DNA of 64,000 bases, taken from IMG/VR virus record IMGVR_UViG_3300045391_000362; one strand, 5' to 3'. The notes below the pieces were generated by a model. That model had not been told where the DNA came from, did not search any database, and saw only the letters and a program-made list of their open reading frames with translations. This DNA is from a virus. Below are positions 46,189 through 54,443 of the stretch, piece after piece. Both the position numbers and the translations under genes were made by a program. How positions within the stretch are numbered: the stretch's first letter is position 1; each line of letters opens with the position of its first letter.

Positions 46189-46518
46189 TTACGCCTTTGC
46201 GATGTTTTCACCAACTGCGAGGATTTCGAATTTGTCGAGATATCCCAAAACATCGTCGTACGCTTCCCAGTTGAAAAACTCTCGCGTGAACTCTCCCTCA
46301 GGAGTGAATACCGCGATTTCCAACAGCTTGCCGGAAGCGTAACGCATTCCGCGTCCGAATTTCGGATTGGCCACGATAGAAAGCTCACAGCCATTGCGGA
46401 ATGTGACTCGGAGGGCAGGACCATAGTGGTAATCCGACATGCTGTACATTCCCGTAACTCCGGGAAGCAGGCAAAGACGGTTGCCAATGGTGACGTGCTC
46501 GTTCATGGGTTTCCCCAT
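46189..46518 (-). CDS. hypothetical protein
   Basis: 109-aa ORF; the two overlapping frames are rejected. Confidence 0.5.
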   Translation of the reverse strand: MGKPMNEHVTIGNRLCLLPGVTGMYSMSDYHYGPALRVTFRNGCELSIVANPKFGRGMRYASGKLLEIAVFTPEGEFTREFFNWEAYDDVLGYLDKFEILAVGENIAKA

Positions 46519-46873
46519 TTCCGAATCCAGCGGTTTTAGCGCTGTCTAGAGCCACTATTCAGTTCTCAAAGAGCCGTTGTGCTGTCCTGCTGAGCTAGAG
46601 TCTTGCACTTGCTGTCTTGCTTGTCAACCTGCGTTGTGAGCGTCCGTTGCGTCGTTTTAGGCCCGTAGGGCTGTCCCGCTCTGGCGTTGCTCTGTGCTGC
46701 TGACAGGTAGAACACTGCCAGGGTGCGGAGCGCTTGTCAAGCCAGCACGCAAACGCTCTGTGTGCCTCTCTGAGAGCCTGACACCCTGCCCTAGGTCTCT
46801 GTGCCCACCAGACATGCCAAGAGCCCTAGAGACAGCCTCTCAGCCGTTTCTAGGGCTCTTCCCGCACCACACG

Positions 46874-46990
46874 CTAGGGAGTCTGAACCGTGGCTAGGTG
46901 TTGTCCGTCCCTCACCCCAGCATCCCAACCCATGAACACACCAGCGCTGTACGCAATGACAATCATTGTCAGTATGACTAGGTATTTCAT
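46874..46990 (-). CDS. possible mini membrane protein
   Basis: 38 aa (MKYLVILTMIVIAYSAGVFMGW...); weak RBS. Confidence 0.25.
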   Translation of the reverse strand: MKYLVILTMIVIAYSAGVFMGWDAGVRDGQHLATVQTP

Positions 46991-47081
46991 AATCCCTATT
47001 CCTATTAGAAGGAGAAATAGAAATAGATAGGGACAGAGAAATATATCTCTAATCCCTACCTATTTCTATATATAAATATAG

Positions 47082-47282
47082 TTAGAGGGTAGCGAACGGA
47101 TCGGGGTATGTCAACACCCCAAATTCGTTCAATTCTCCGATGGCAAAATCAATTGCCTCTAGTGCAGTGATGTAATCCGTTTGGTGGCGATTTCGCCAAT
47201 ACATAATGGCTTCCCACCTTTTCAGCTCACCTCCTTTGATCTGGTGAGCGTACAGGCTAGCCAATTGCTCAGCGTCCATCAT
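47082..47282 (-). CDS. hypothetical protein
   Basis: ATG at 47282 in ATGA overlap with the upstream stop; 66 aa. Confidence 0.45.
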   Translation of the reverse strand: MMDAEQLASLYAHQIKGGELKRWEAIMYWRNRHQTDYITALEAIDFAIGELNEFGVLTYPDPFATL

Positions 47283-47488
47283 TCGCCCCGTTCTGTCTTG
47301 GTAATCATCACGTCCAGAGCATCGCGCCACTTGCGCGCGTCGTCAAGAGTCAGGTAAATGGACACATCACGCGAAGGATCACGATCTAGGACAATCCGGA
47401 CATGAACCCTGATTCCCTCACCCTGCCTAAGCGCGCGTCCGATGCTCCGCACCCTTGCTAGCCATTCCGCTTTAGGTCTACCGGCCAT
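47279..47488 (-). CDS. hypothetical protein
   Basis: 69-aa basic ORF, GAGAGG RBS. Confidence 0.45.
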   Translation of the reverse strand: MAGRPKAEWLARVRSIGRALRQGEGIRVHVRIVLDRDPSRDVSIYLTLDDARKWRDALDVMITKTERGE

Positions 47489-47499
47489 AGCCTCTCAGT

Positions 47500-47523
47500 G
47501 CCTCTCTAACAAGATCGTTTAGG
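47500..47523 (-). repeat. 24-nt conserved intergenic motif, copy a
   Basis: GCCTCTCTAACAAGATCGTTTAGG (plus-strand reading), between a terminator hairpin and the next start. Confidence 0.6.
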
Positions 47524-47536
47524 GTCGTTGGGGAAA

Positions 47537-47574
47537 GGGTGCCTAGAACCCCTGTAAGGCTGTCCTAGGCACCC
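47537..47574 (-). terminator. stem-loop after the 591-aa gene
   Basis: 10-bp stem GGGTGCCTAG/CTAGGCACCC. Confidence 0.55.
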
Positions 47575-47595
47575 TGTAGCACGTTCTAGGGGGTG

Positions 47596-49371
47596 TTACT
47601 CACCCCAGGGAAGGCCACGGGTAGCGGCGCAAGTCTCGCCATAGCCAACCGTGAGGGAACGCTCATCCGTGAGCGGACGCACGCAGTAGACACAGTGAGC
47701 GTGAGTCTTACCGAACCGTGCGGCATCCTCCGCAGTAGCCATATCGGCCGGACGGATGACGTTTATCGAACGGTGCGAGTATTCCCAACCGTTAGACGTG
47801 AACTTAACGGCGTAGGCATTTCCCTTTGTCTGGCGAATCTTGAAAAACTCGCCATTCATCACGTACACACCGTCAAGGTCAATTCCCTTTGCGGTAAGTG
47901 CGCTCACCGTGATTTCGTCGCGCACCTTGATAGGCGCATCTTTGATCTTGCGTGATTCTGCCTGTACGTCGTCAATCACCTTGACGCGGGTAAGGGCAGT
48001 CTCTACGCCGTACTTATTGCTGTGTCCCTTAATGCTAGCGGACACGTGGAACACGTCGCCTACGTTGTCCCCATAGTCCGCACTACTGGCGAACCAAGAG
48101 AACACATTCCCGCTAGCATCCGTGAACTTGTGGAGGGTAGAGCAACCGTAAGCACTTTCGATGTACTTAACGGTTTCCAGCTTGAGGGACATTTCCCAGC
48201 GCTCCCCAATTTCGCCAACCCAATTGGATTCGGGCTTAGCTTCCTTAGCCTTAATGAAAGACTTTTCCAGGAATCGCGCCCAAGCCTGCGGAGCACTGAC
48301 CAGCAATCCGTAATTGCGGGAACTCACCATTTCCGCGCCCGCAATTGCTTTCATGTTCAGCACGTACTCAGAATTACCGCTGAATTCATCGGAGAGAATC
48401 CACGCGCGCAATTCCTTCGCACGGTCCGTCATGCTGTCCGCGTGAGCGGAAAGCCTTTCAAGTTCAGCCTTGAATTCCGGGGAAATCTTGCGCGGGGGGT
48501 CAATGACATTCCGCACCATATCCACGGTTGCGCCGATTTCACGGGAGCGCACATAGCCAAACTCAGTGACACATGCCCAAGCAACGGAGAGAACCGTAAG
48601 CGTGGAAACGTCACGCGCTCCCCCACCAAATTCCCCGGACATTTCCTCAACATCCTTGGACATTTTTTCTGCGGAATACGGGAGCGCTTCCCATCCCGTG
48701 AAATCCTTAATGCAGGATGAGCCGACCTGAATTTGTTCGCCGCTTTCCGTATTCCGCATCACGTAAGTGTTTTTGCGGTAACGGTCGGTCTGGCAGTGAT
48801 CGCACCATCCCTCCCGCAATTCGCTACGGTCAATGGAATTCACGCCCGGATACGTACGCACAATCAATCCCGCATTGTGGTCATAATCCAGAGTGGCAAT
48901 GAATTCCCAATCGGGGAGCTTAGGCGAAATACCCGTGATCTTGGTCATGTAGACCAGATATTCGATTTCCACCCCAACGGAATTCTTTTCCTTTTTGATT
49001 TCCTCCCGCCATTCGACATTCAAACCGCCCGGAATTCCACGCTTGGCACAACGGGCGTTAATCTTGGCAATCTTTTCCTTAGTCATTTCCAGCTCATAAG
49101 CGGTGAGCTGGAATTCCCAGGAAATGAATTTCTCCGCCATTTCGTTAGAGCGATTCATACGCAATTCCCTTTCTGCCTTACGCGCACGGTCATTGATCTT
49201 GCGCGCATCCGGATTGATACGGACGCACGTACGGCACATACGGTGTCCCTCACCCTTGCCCGGAATGACCAATCGGCCACACGCGCTCACGTCATGCGCC
49301 ATGCCCTTAGTGATCACGTGCATAACGGCACCGTGGAACCGTGCGCCCGTTGCTACTGCCGTTGCGTTCAT
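47596..49371 (-). CDS. large hypothetical protein with zinc-finger-like N-terminus and conserved Gly/Cys C-terminal tail
   Basis: 591 aa; CGR...CRTC, CDHC...C clusters; tail CVYCVRPLTDERSLTVGYGETCA resembles a small domain common in actinophage proteins (DUF6011-like, from memory); no P-loop. Confidence 0.65.
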   Translation of the reverse strand: MNATAVATGARFHGAVMHVITKGMAHDVSACGRLVIPGKGEGHRMCRTCVRINPDARKINDRARKAERELRMNRSNEMAEKFISWEFQLTAYELEMTKEKIAKINARCAKRGIPGGLNVEWREEIKKEKNSVGVEIEYLVYMTKITGISPKLPDWEFIATLDYDHNAGLIVRTYPGVNSIDRSELREGWCDHCQTDRYRKNTYVMRNTESGEQIQVGSSCIKDFTGWEALPYSAEKMSKDVEEMSGEFGGGARDVSTLTVLSVAWACVTEFGYVRSREIGATVDMVRNVIDPPRKISPEFKAELERLSAHADSMTDRAKELRAWILSDEFSGNSEYVLNMKAIAGAEMVSSRNYGLLVSAPQAWARFLEKSFIKAKEAKPESNWVGEIGERWEMSLKLETVKYIESAYGCSTLHKFTDASGNVFSWFASSADYGDNVGDVFHVSASIKGHSNKYGVETALTRVKVIDDVQAESRKIKDAPIKVRDEITVSALTAKGIDLDGVYVMNGEFFKIRQTKGNAYAVKFTSNGWEYSHRSINVIRPADMATAEDAARFGKTHAHCVYCVRPLTDERSLTVGYGETCAATRGLPWGE

Positions 49372-49397
49372 GATCGTTTCTCCCTAAAGCTCTGTGA

Positions 49398-49421
49398 GGC
49401 TGTCTAGCGTGATCGTTTAGC
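49398..49421 (-). repeat. 24-nt conserved intergenic motif, copy b
   Basis: GGCTGTCTAGCGTGATCGTTTAGC, 27 nt upstream of the 49371 start. Confidence 0.6.
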
Positions 49422-49432
49422 TTGGGTGGGAC

Positions 49433-49473
49433 AACGGGCCTAGGATGCTCCCCTAGGCTGTCCTAGGCCCGTT
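49433..49473 (-). terminator. stem-loop after the 461-aa gene
   Basis: 12-bp stem AACGGGCCTAGG/CCTAGGCCCGTT. Confidence 0.55.
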
Positions 49474-49494
49474 TACGTGCCGTACAGGATGTGA

Positions 49495-50880
49495 CTAGAT
49501 GTCTGCCACGTCGTGAACCGTGATGATGCTTGCCCAACCGTGGCGCGGCGTGCGCGTGTTCTGAGTACGCCCGTACTCCTCTGCCACGCGGTCCCAATCG
49601 TGAGACTGAGCGGCATTCATGGTGAGCGTGACCCAACCAAGGGAAACGCGCGTTCCGGTCACGTCGTCAACGATCACGGAAAGCTCATATTCCTTGGTAA
49701 CCAGGGTCTCAACGAAACCCGCGTCCGTGTCATCCTCCACCGTGGCCGGAATGACTCGCGCGTTTTCGAATGCGTCACAAGCGGCACACACGTTGTCTCC
49801 CGTGTGGTTTCCCTTGCACGCTTCATAAAGCTTGAATGCACACGTGATGCATTCCTTTTCGTCGCACGTGTTGAAATTGTGCGCGTCGATTTCCGCTTGT
49901 GCTTCCGCCACCTTTTCGGGGGAAGGCTGGTCAAATCCCGCGCGGAAGAAATTGCCTTGAGTGACAAGCGGGGAATCCCCAACACGACCGGCCGGAATGG
50001 AAAGGCACGGCATGATACGAACGTCAGAAGTGGAATTCTCCATAACGACGCTCCACCATTCCGGGGTGAATTCCTCCGCGTAGTCGCTCCCGCGTCCGCC
50101 ATCCTCAAACACGAGGATGTCAGCAACGGTCGCAAAGGTGGCGAACATAACGTCACTCTCAGACTGTCCCCACTTACGCATTTCCCGCTTGACGTCTGCA
50201 CACGCGGGAGAGTGATAGTGCGAGACTCCCGCCATTCCGGGCGTGTTCTGAATCACGCACGCGGTAGGCACTTCCCCACCCTGGATAGCGCGCACCATGG
50301 CAAGGGTGGGGGAAACCTCCTGTACGGGCGCGTAAGCGTCTGCCGGAATGTCATAGGTCTTTCCCTCCACCTGCACACGGTGAGCGGCGCACACTCCCTC
50401 TGTACGGCCTACGTAGTTCACAAAGACAGCAACGGGAGCAACGCCACAACCGAAGTAGCATTCCCGTGCACTGGACACGGTGAAATCGGGTTCCCACGTG
50501 TTCGGCTCATCCCCCGTGATGATCACTCCGGAAAGGGTTTCCGTGATCATGGTGGACAGCTCAGCCGCACTGTCCGAAATGATCATGTCCGATCCGTCAT
50601 CCTCCACACGCGGGGGAAGTACGAACATGACCAGGGATTCAGCGTCATCACTCAGACTCACCGTGTGACCCTTGGACGCGATCACGTCAACGTGACTGAC
50701 ACTGTGCATGACCGACACACCCTGAACCGTGAGGTACGTAGAACCCTCCACAACGATTCCCGCGCGGGTAAGCGCGTTGAGCGTCTGCGCCTTAGCGGTA
50801 GTCAGTTCGTACGTTCCCGCGTCCGTGAGCGTGGCCGAACGAAGCGCGATGATCTGTGCGGGAGTGATCTTGACTCGCAT
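49495..50880 (-). CDS. large hypothetical protein
   Basis: 461 aa from the ATG at 50880 after AAGGGG; the full-length antisense ORF is Arg-rich and rejected; no motif recognised. Confidence 0.6.
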   Translation of the reverse strand: MRVKITPAQIIALRSATLTDAGTYELTTAKAQTLNALTRAGIVVEGSTYLTVQGVSVMHSVSHVDVIASKGHTVSLSDDAESLVMFVLPPRVEDDGSDMIISDSAAELSTMITETLSGVIITGDEPNTWEPDFTVSSARECYFGCGVAPVAVFVNYVGRTEGVCAAHRVQVEGKTYDIPADAYAPVQEVSPTLAMVRAIQGGEVPTACVIQNTPGMAGVSHYHSPACADVKREMRKWGQSESDVMFATFATVADILVFEDGGRGSDYAEEFTPEWWSVVMENSTSDVRIMPCLSIPAGRVGDSPLVTQGNFFRAGFDQPSPEKVAEAQAEIDAHNFNTCDEKECITCAFKLYEACKGNHTGDNVCAACDAFENARVIPATVEDDTDAGFVETLVTKEYELSVIVDDVTGTRVSLGWVTLTMNAAQSHDWDRVAEEYGRTQNTRTPRHGWASIITVHDVADI

Positions 50881-51017
50881 GGTGTGACCCCTTGTCTGTG
50901 TCGCTCCCCTGTTGGGAACGTTCGGCCAGTACATACCCCATAGGGGGGAGCACGCAAACTCAGCCCATGATCATGACCAAAGCTTTACCAAGACAGCACG
51001 AAGCCATGGGGGAATAA

Positions 51018-51755
51018 CGGACATACCGGACATTGACGAGTCATCAGATGATCATGCGGGAACGGGCGGGGCGGCGAAAGCATAGTCTCTCTGGTCTGTC
51101 AACAGTACTGACAAGTACTCCATAGAAAGCCCTGTACGCCTCTCTAGCATGATCCTTTAGCCTCACCTATCCAGTCACCCCAACCCTTCCCCCGTAGGCC
51201 CGTACAGAGCGATTTCACAGAGCGTAGTAACTGACACATCATCACCTAACTCTGACGCTCTATCAGATATGCCCTCTGACCTGCAAGGCTTGACAAGAGC
51301 CTAACTGACACTCACTCAGACAGTCCCCTATGTCCCTTATGCCAGCACACCCTAAGTGACATCACCACGTAACACCACTAACTACCCATGCCCCCAATAC
51401 TATGGTTTATCAGGCATATCCGACATATCACCCATAAGCCCCCAAATACCCCGTATCCCCCATACCGCTCTATAAAGGGCAAATAGGACATCACAGACAT
51501 AGGGAATATAGCCCAAATATCACTCAGAGTGACATATTAGCCCTCAAACCCCTAGTAATATCATAACTCTGTGTAATATATGGCATAACCAGGCACACAG
51601 GACATATCAGGGCATCACTGTCATAGGGCATAGAATCCCCATACGTGCCATATCGGACATATTAGGGCGCTGCGCCTATACGTGCCTAATCCCTCATAGC
51701 TGGGCAAATCGGACATATGAGACCCCCCTACCCTTAACGGACAAATGCGGACAAA
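51018..51755 (+). repeat. cluster of C(G/C)GACA(T/A) motif copies in an ORF-free region
   Basis: CGGACAT at 51018, 51027, 51654, 51710; CCGACAT at 51420; GGACAT/GACATA variants at 51485, 51494, 51529, 51600; CGGACAAA at 51738 and 51748. Confidence 0.65.
51138..51161 (-). repeat. 24-nt conserved intergenic motif, copy c
   Basis: GCCTCTCTAGCATGATCCTTTAGC; 19-21 of 24 positions shared with copies a and b. Confidence 0.55.
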
Positions 51756-51870
51756 AGGGGCGGCCTAGTTAAAATTACGAATTTGGAATGCCTTTAGAAT
51801 GCAGTATCCGGTTAAGGGGTATGGCCTTTTAAAATTGAATTATGGGGTTGATGTAATAGTAAGTATCCGC

Positions 51871-51899
51871 TTGACGTAGAGCGTAGCTCGCTGTAGGGT
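51871..51899 (+). promoter_or_regulatory. sigma70-like promoter, probably giving a leaderless mRNA
   Basis: TTGACG - 17 nt - TAGGGT, with the -10 ending 6 nt before the ATG at 51906. Confidence 0.5.
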
Positions 51900-51905
51900 G
51901 TAGCT

Positions 51906-52097
51906 ATGGCCAGACAGAAGATATACACGGATCATGTTTTCTCTACTGAGGATGCTGCCTGGAAATACGTCACGGAGCATTATTCGGTTGAGAAGAATTA
52001 CATTATGAAGAATGCGAAGAAGGCGGGTAAAAAGGTTTCTGTTGGAGTTGAGAAGCGTAAGAAGAGCGTATACATCATCGTGATTTATATCGGCTAA
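51906..52097 (+). CDS. hypothetical protein
   Basis: 63-aa Lys-rich ORF with its own promoter and terminator. Confidence 0.5.
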   Translation: MARQKIYTDHVFSTEDAAWKYVTEHYSVEKNYIMKNAKKAGKKVSVGVEKRKKSVYIIVIYIG

Positions 52098-52100
52098 ATG

Positions 52101-52146
52101 AGAAGGACCCCTTTCCTGGTTAGAGGATTGGGGTCCTTCTTTTTTA
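52101..52146 (+). terminator. intrinsic terminator
   Basis: 10-bp stem GAAGGACCCC/GGGGTCCTTC followed by a T7 run. Confidence 0.8.
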
Positions 52147-52263
52147 CATGGCTTCCATTTGTCCTTTGCAGTTCTTATCGGGACAACGTGCTGGATTGGT
52201 ACTCTGAGCGTTGCACTTATTGCACTTGTACTCTCGGATGGTTCCTGCCATCGTTCGTCTCCT

Positions 52264-52818
52264 CTAGTCTCGCTCTAGAATCAATTCTTTGGCCCTCTGG
52301 AGCCCCTGTAGGTACTCATAGGTGTCCAGGTTCCAACAGGCGTCCATGAAGGCGTTGTGGAGCCCTGTAGCCTGTTCCGGAACCCTTGGGTTCCCCAGAC
52401 GCATGATCTCGCTCTTCAAGTCATTCGTATACATCGGAATACCATTGGGAAGGTCAATCATGCGCCCGAAAAGCTGACAAAGGGCTACATGGTCGTATGC
52501 TGAGTAGTAGGCCCATAGTTCTGGATTCGGTGTATCGGAAATGAAGCGCTTTACGTCATCCGCGATCTCAGCTCTTGACTTGATGTCCTTGTAATCGAGA
52601 TGTGCATGATCCATCGCTATGCCGTCTTCGGTCATGTCATAAGGCAGAGACGGAAATACGTTTCTCCGCAACCAGTCATGTGCCCAGACATCCTTCAGAA
52701 GACTGTAGTCATATACAACTCGATAGAGGCCCTTTCCATCTTCCCGGATCATTCCGATTGAGATGAGGCGGATTGTAGATCCGTTCTCAAGAAATTCACA
52801 ATCGTAGAAGATTTTCAC
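52264..52818 (-). CDS. DEDDh 3'-5' exoribonuclease (Rv2179c-like)
   Basis: GTG start; ExoI FYDCEF, ExoII YSAYDHV, ExoIII HNAFMDA; the N-terminus resembles mycobacterial Rv2179c as I recall it. Confidence 0.7.
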   Translation of the reverse strand: MKIFYDCEFLENGSTIRLISIGMIREDGKGLYRVVYDYSLLKDVWAHDWLRRNVFPSLPYDMTEDGIAMDHAHLDYKDIKSRAEIADDVKRFISDTPNPELWAYYSAYDHVALCQLFGRMIDLPNGIPMYTNDLKSEIMRLGNPRVPEQATGLHNAFMDACWNLDTYEYLQGLQRAKELILERD

Positions 52819-52931
52819 TCAGGGTTCTTCCAATTCTGTAGAGTTTCCTTATTACGGTTACTGGTAATCAGAATGCCACGCTTGTTATAGAGATACCAGC
52901 GCTTTGTCTTGGAGTTGAAGCGAATATACAT
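52815..52931 (-). CDS. hypothetical small protein
   Basis: 38-aa ORF, GTGA coupling to the exonuclease start. Confidence 0.35.
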   Translation of the reverse strand: MYIRFNSKTKRWYLYNKRGILITSNRNKETLQNWKNPE

Positions 52932-52968
52932 ACCTTTCTGGGTATCTTCTCGCTCACCCCACTCGTCA

Positions 52969-53253
52969 TTACTCACTTATCTCCCTCTCGATGATGTTCA
53001 AGTGCGGTACTGATGGTACCCATGAAACGTCTCCGTTGTCCATACGGTACCTGTAGGACACGAGTACGGGGGCGTAGCCTTCTTGTACGTCCCCGTAATC
53101 CCATGCACCTCTGTACGTATCGGCAAGACGCTGTATTGCGAGCTTTACAGCCTCGGTTTTATTGAGCTTTGTACCATTTGGCTGCACTGCACCGCACAAC
53201 ACTTCCAGGTCTTCCGCAAACTCATCTGTCATACGTACTGTCAGGTTAGTCAT
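52969..53253 (-). CDS. ribbon-helix-helix (CopG/Arc-like) protein
   Basis: N-terminus MTNLTVRMTDEFAEDLEVL fits the RHH beta-strand/helix pattern; TAATG coupling. Confidence 0.5.
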   Translation of the reverse strand: MTNLTVRMTDEFAEDLEVLCGAVQPNGTKLNKTEAVKLAIQRLADTYRGAWDYGDVQEGYAPVLVSYRYRMDNGDVSWVPSVPHLNIIEREISE

Positions 53254-53774
53254 TACAGTCCCAAATCCTGCTTCCACTCGGTAATTACGTCGTAGTCATC
53301 GGCTGCAATACCGATTCTTGGAGAAATTATCAGGATTCTGGACCCTGGAGCGGCATTTTCCTCAATAAAATCCCGGTCGGGCCGTCCGACTTCGTCGTCC
53401 AGCCATATAAATGGGATTCCTGGACGATTTTCGTTCATCCACTGGACCAATCTCTTGGTTTTCCAGTGCAAACGCTCTTCATTCCAAGGATCTCGGTCTA
53501 TCCAGTCGATAACTGGAAGTTCTGGAAGCCCAATATGGGGTCCAATCCAGTCATTGGCTTCAAACTCCCATGCTGTTGCCCAGATAAGCTCACCTCCAAG
53601 TGCAGTCAGCTCTGCCCCGTGAGAGGGCTTGAGCCATACTCTGAGGCCCTTTCCCATCTCAAAGCCCCTGGGCTTCATCCGATGGGTTTCGTAGCCCTCT
53701 GGACGCTGTGTAGCCTTTGCCGCGTACGGATTCAAGGGTCCATCAACGTCCAGAAGGATAGCGAATTCAGTCAT
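53253..53774 (-). CDS. HAD-superfamily phosphatase
   Basis: Motif I ILLDVDGPLN (DxDG) at the N-terminus, late WLDDE acidic motif. Confidence 0.55.
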   Translation of the reverse strand: MTEFAILLDVDGPLNPYAAKATQRPEGYETHRMKPRGFEMGKGLRVWLKPSHGAELTALGGELIWATAWEFEANDWIGPHIGLPELPVIDWIDRDPWNEERLHWKTKRLVQWMNENRPGIPFIWLDDEVGRPDRDFIEENAAPGSRILIISPRIGIAADDYDVITEWKQDLGL

Positions 53775-54184
53775 TAAAATTTGCCTCCATACTTTAGTCT
53801 GTCTTCGTTACACCAGGAATGCAGTGCCAAGAGCTTACCCTTATGGATAATCTTGGCAACATAGTCATTCTGCTTGTGGAACTTGGTAATTTCCGTGGAA
53901 CAGTAACGGCAGCGATAACCGTGAGGTATGACCATCTCCCGCTTAAGCTGTTCCTGCCAATTCGAAGGGTAGACTATATCTCCCTTCAGGTTATTGCATT
54001 GCTTATGTGTTAGTTGAATATTGTCCCGGCCATTACCCCCGCCCGCTGAGCGGGGGATAATATGGTCGCGGGACGCATCCTCCAGCTCTACATACTCATT
54101 GCACAACGCACAGATACCCTTGAAGTCCGCGTGTATCCGTGTGATGGGTTTAGAGTAGTAAGAACTTTGATTCTTACGTCCCAT
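53774..54184 (-). CDS. HNH endonuclease
   Basis: SRDHIIPRSAGGGNGRDNIQLTHKQCNNLKGD HNH motif flanked by CxxC pairs. Confidence 0.8.
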   Translation of the reverse strand: MGRKNQSSYYSKPITRIHADFKGICALCNEYVELEDASRDHIIPRSAGGGNGRDNIQLTHKQCNNLKGDIVYPSNWQEQLKREMVIPHGYRCRYCSTEITKFHKQNDYVAKIIHKGKLLALHSWCNEDRLKYGGKF

Positions 54185-54198
54185 CCTCTTTCTCTTCT

Positions 54199-54360
54199 CT
54201 ACTTATTCTTGACAGCTTCCAAGAATTGCTCGAATGTGTGATCAAATAGGTACCTACGCATGGTGGACCAGCACGGGTTAAGTTCCAGTACGTGTTCCTT
54301 GGGGTGACCTGGTACCATGCAAGGACCCTTCTTACCGATGTCCATATCTTTAAACTTCAT
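54199..54360 (-). CDS. hypothetical small protein
   Basis: 53-aa ORF below the cutoff, first gene of the leftward cassette. Confidence 0.4.
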   Translation of the reverse strand: MKFKDMDIGKKGPCMVPGHPKEHVLELNPCWSTMRRYLFDHTFEQFLEAVKNK

Positions 54361-54411
54361 ATCCCCGAACCTTTTTCATTAGTAGTACCCCCACCAGCCC
54401 CCTAAGTAGTA

Positions 54412-54431
54412 CTCTACCAGAGCTGGTAGAG
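54412..54431. promoter_or_regulatory. perfect 9+9 palindrome (operator-like) in a divergent promoter region
   Basis: CTCTACCAG-AG-CTGGTAGAG, 12 nt upstream of the -35 of the rightward promoter. Confidence 0.5.
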
Positions 54432-54443
54432 CAGCACAAGGAC

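Noticed and set aside
49513-50943. 476-aa plus-strand ORF antisense to the 461-aa gene, and similar antisense or overlapping ORFs at 39724-40257, 40464-41309, 41146-41688, 41690-42139, 42121-42675, 48022-48720 and 48733-49407
   Set aside because: Their products are Arg/Ser/His-rich and low in complexity, as is typical of the stop-poor antisense frames of GC3-rich genes. The opposite-strand ORFs have normal composition, RBSs and recognisable domains such as TerD.
35804-51755. Interpreting the shared border motifs as attL/attR of an integrated element
   Set aside because: I recognise no integrase, recombinase or transposase anywhere in the window. The motif also occurs many times at the right border rather than once, so a protein-binding array is more likely. 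It is kept as a finding but not called a mobile element.
52098-52349. 83-aa plus-strand ORF after the 51906 gene
   Set aside because: It starts inside the strong terminator hairpin (52101-52146) and runs antisense into the 3' end of the exonuclease gene.
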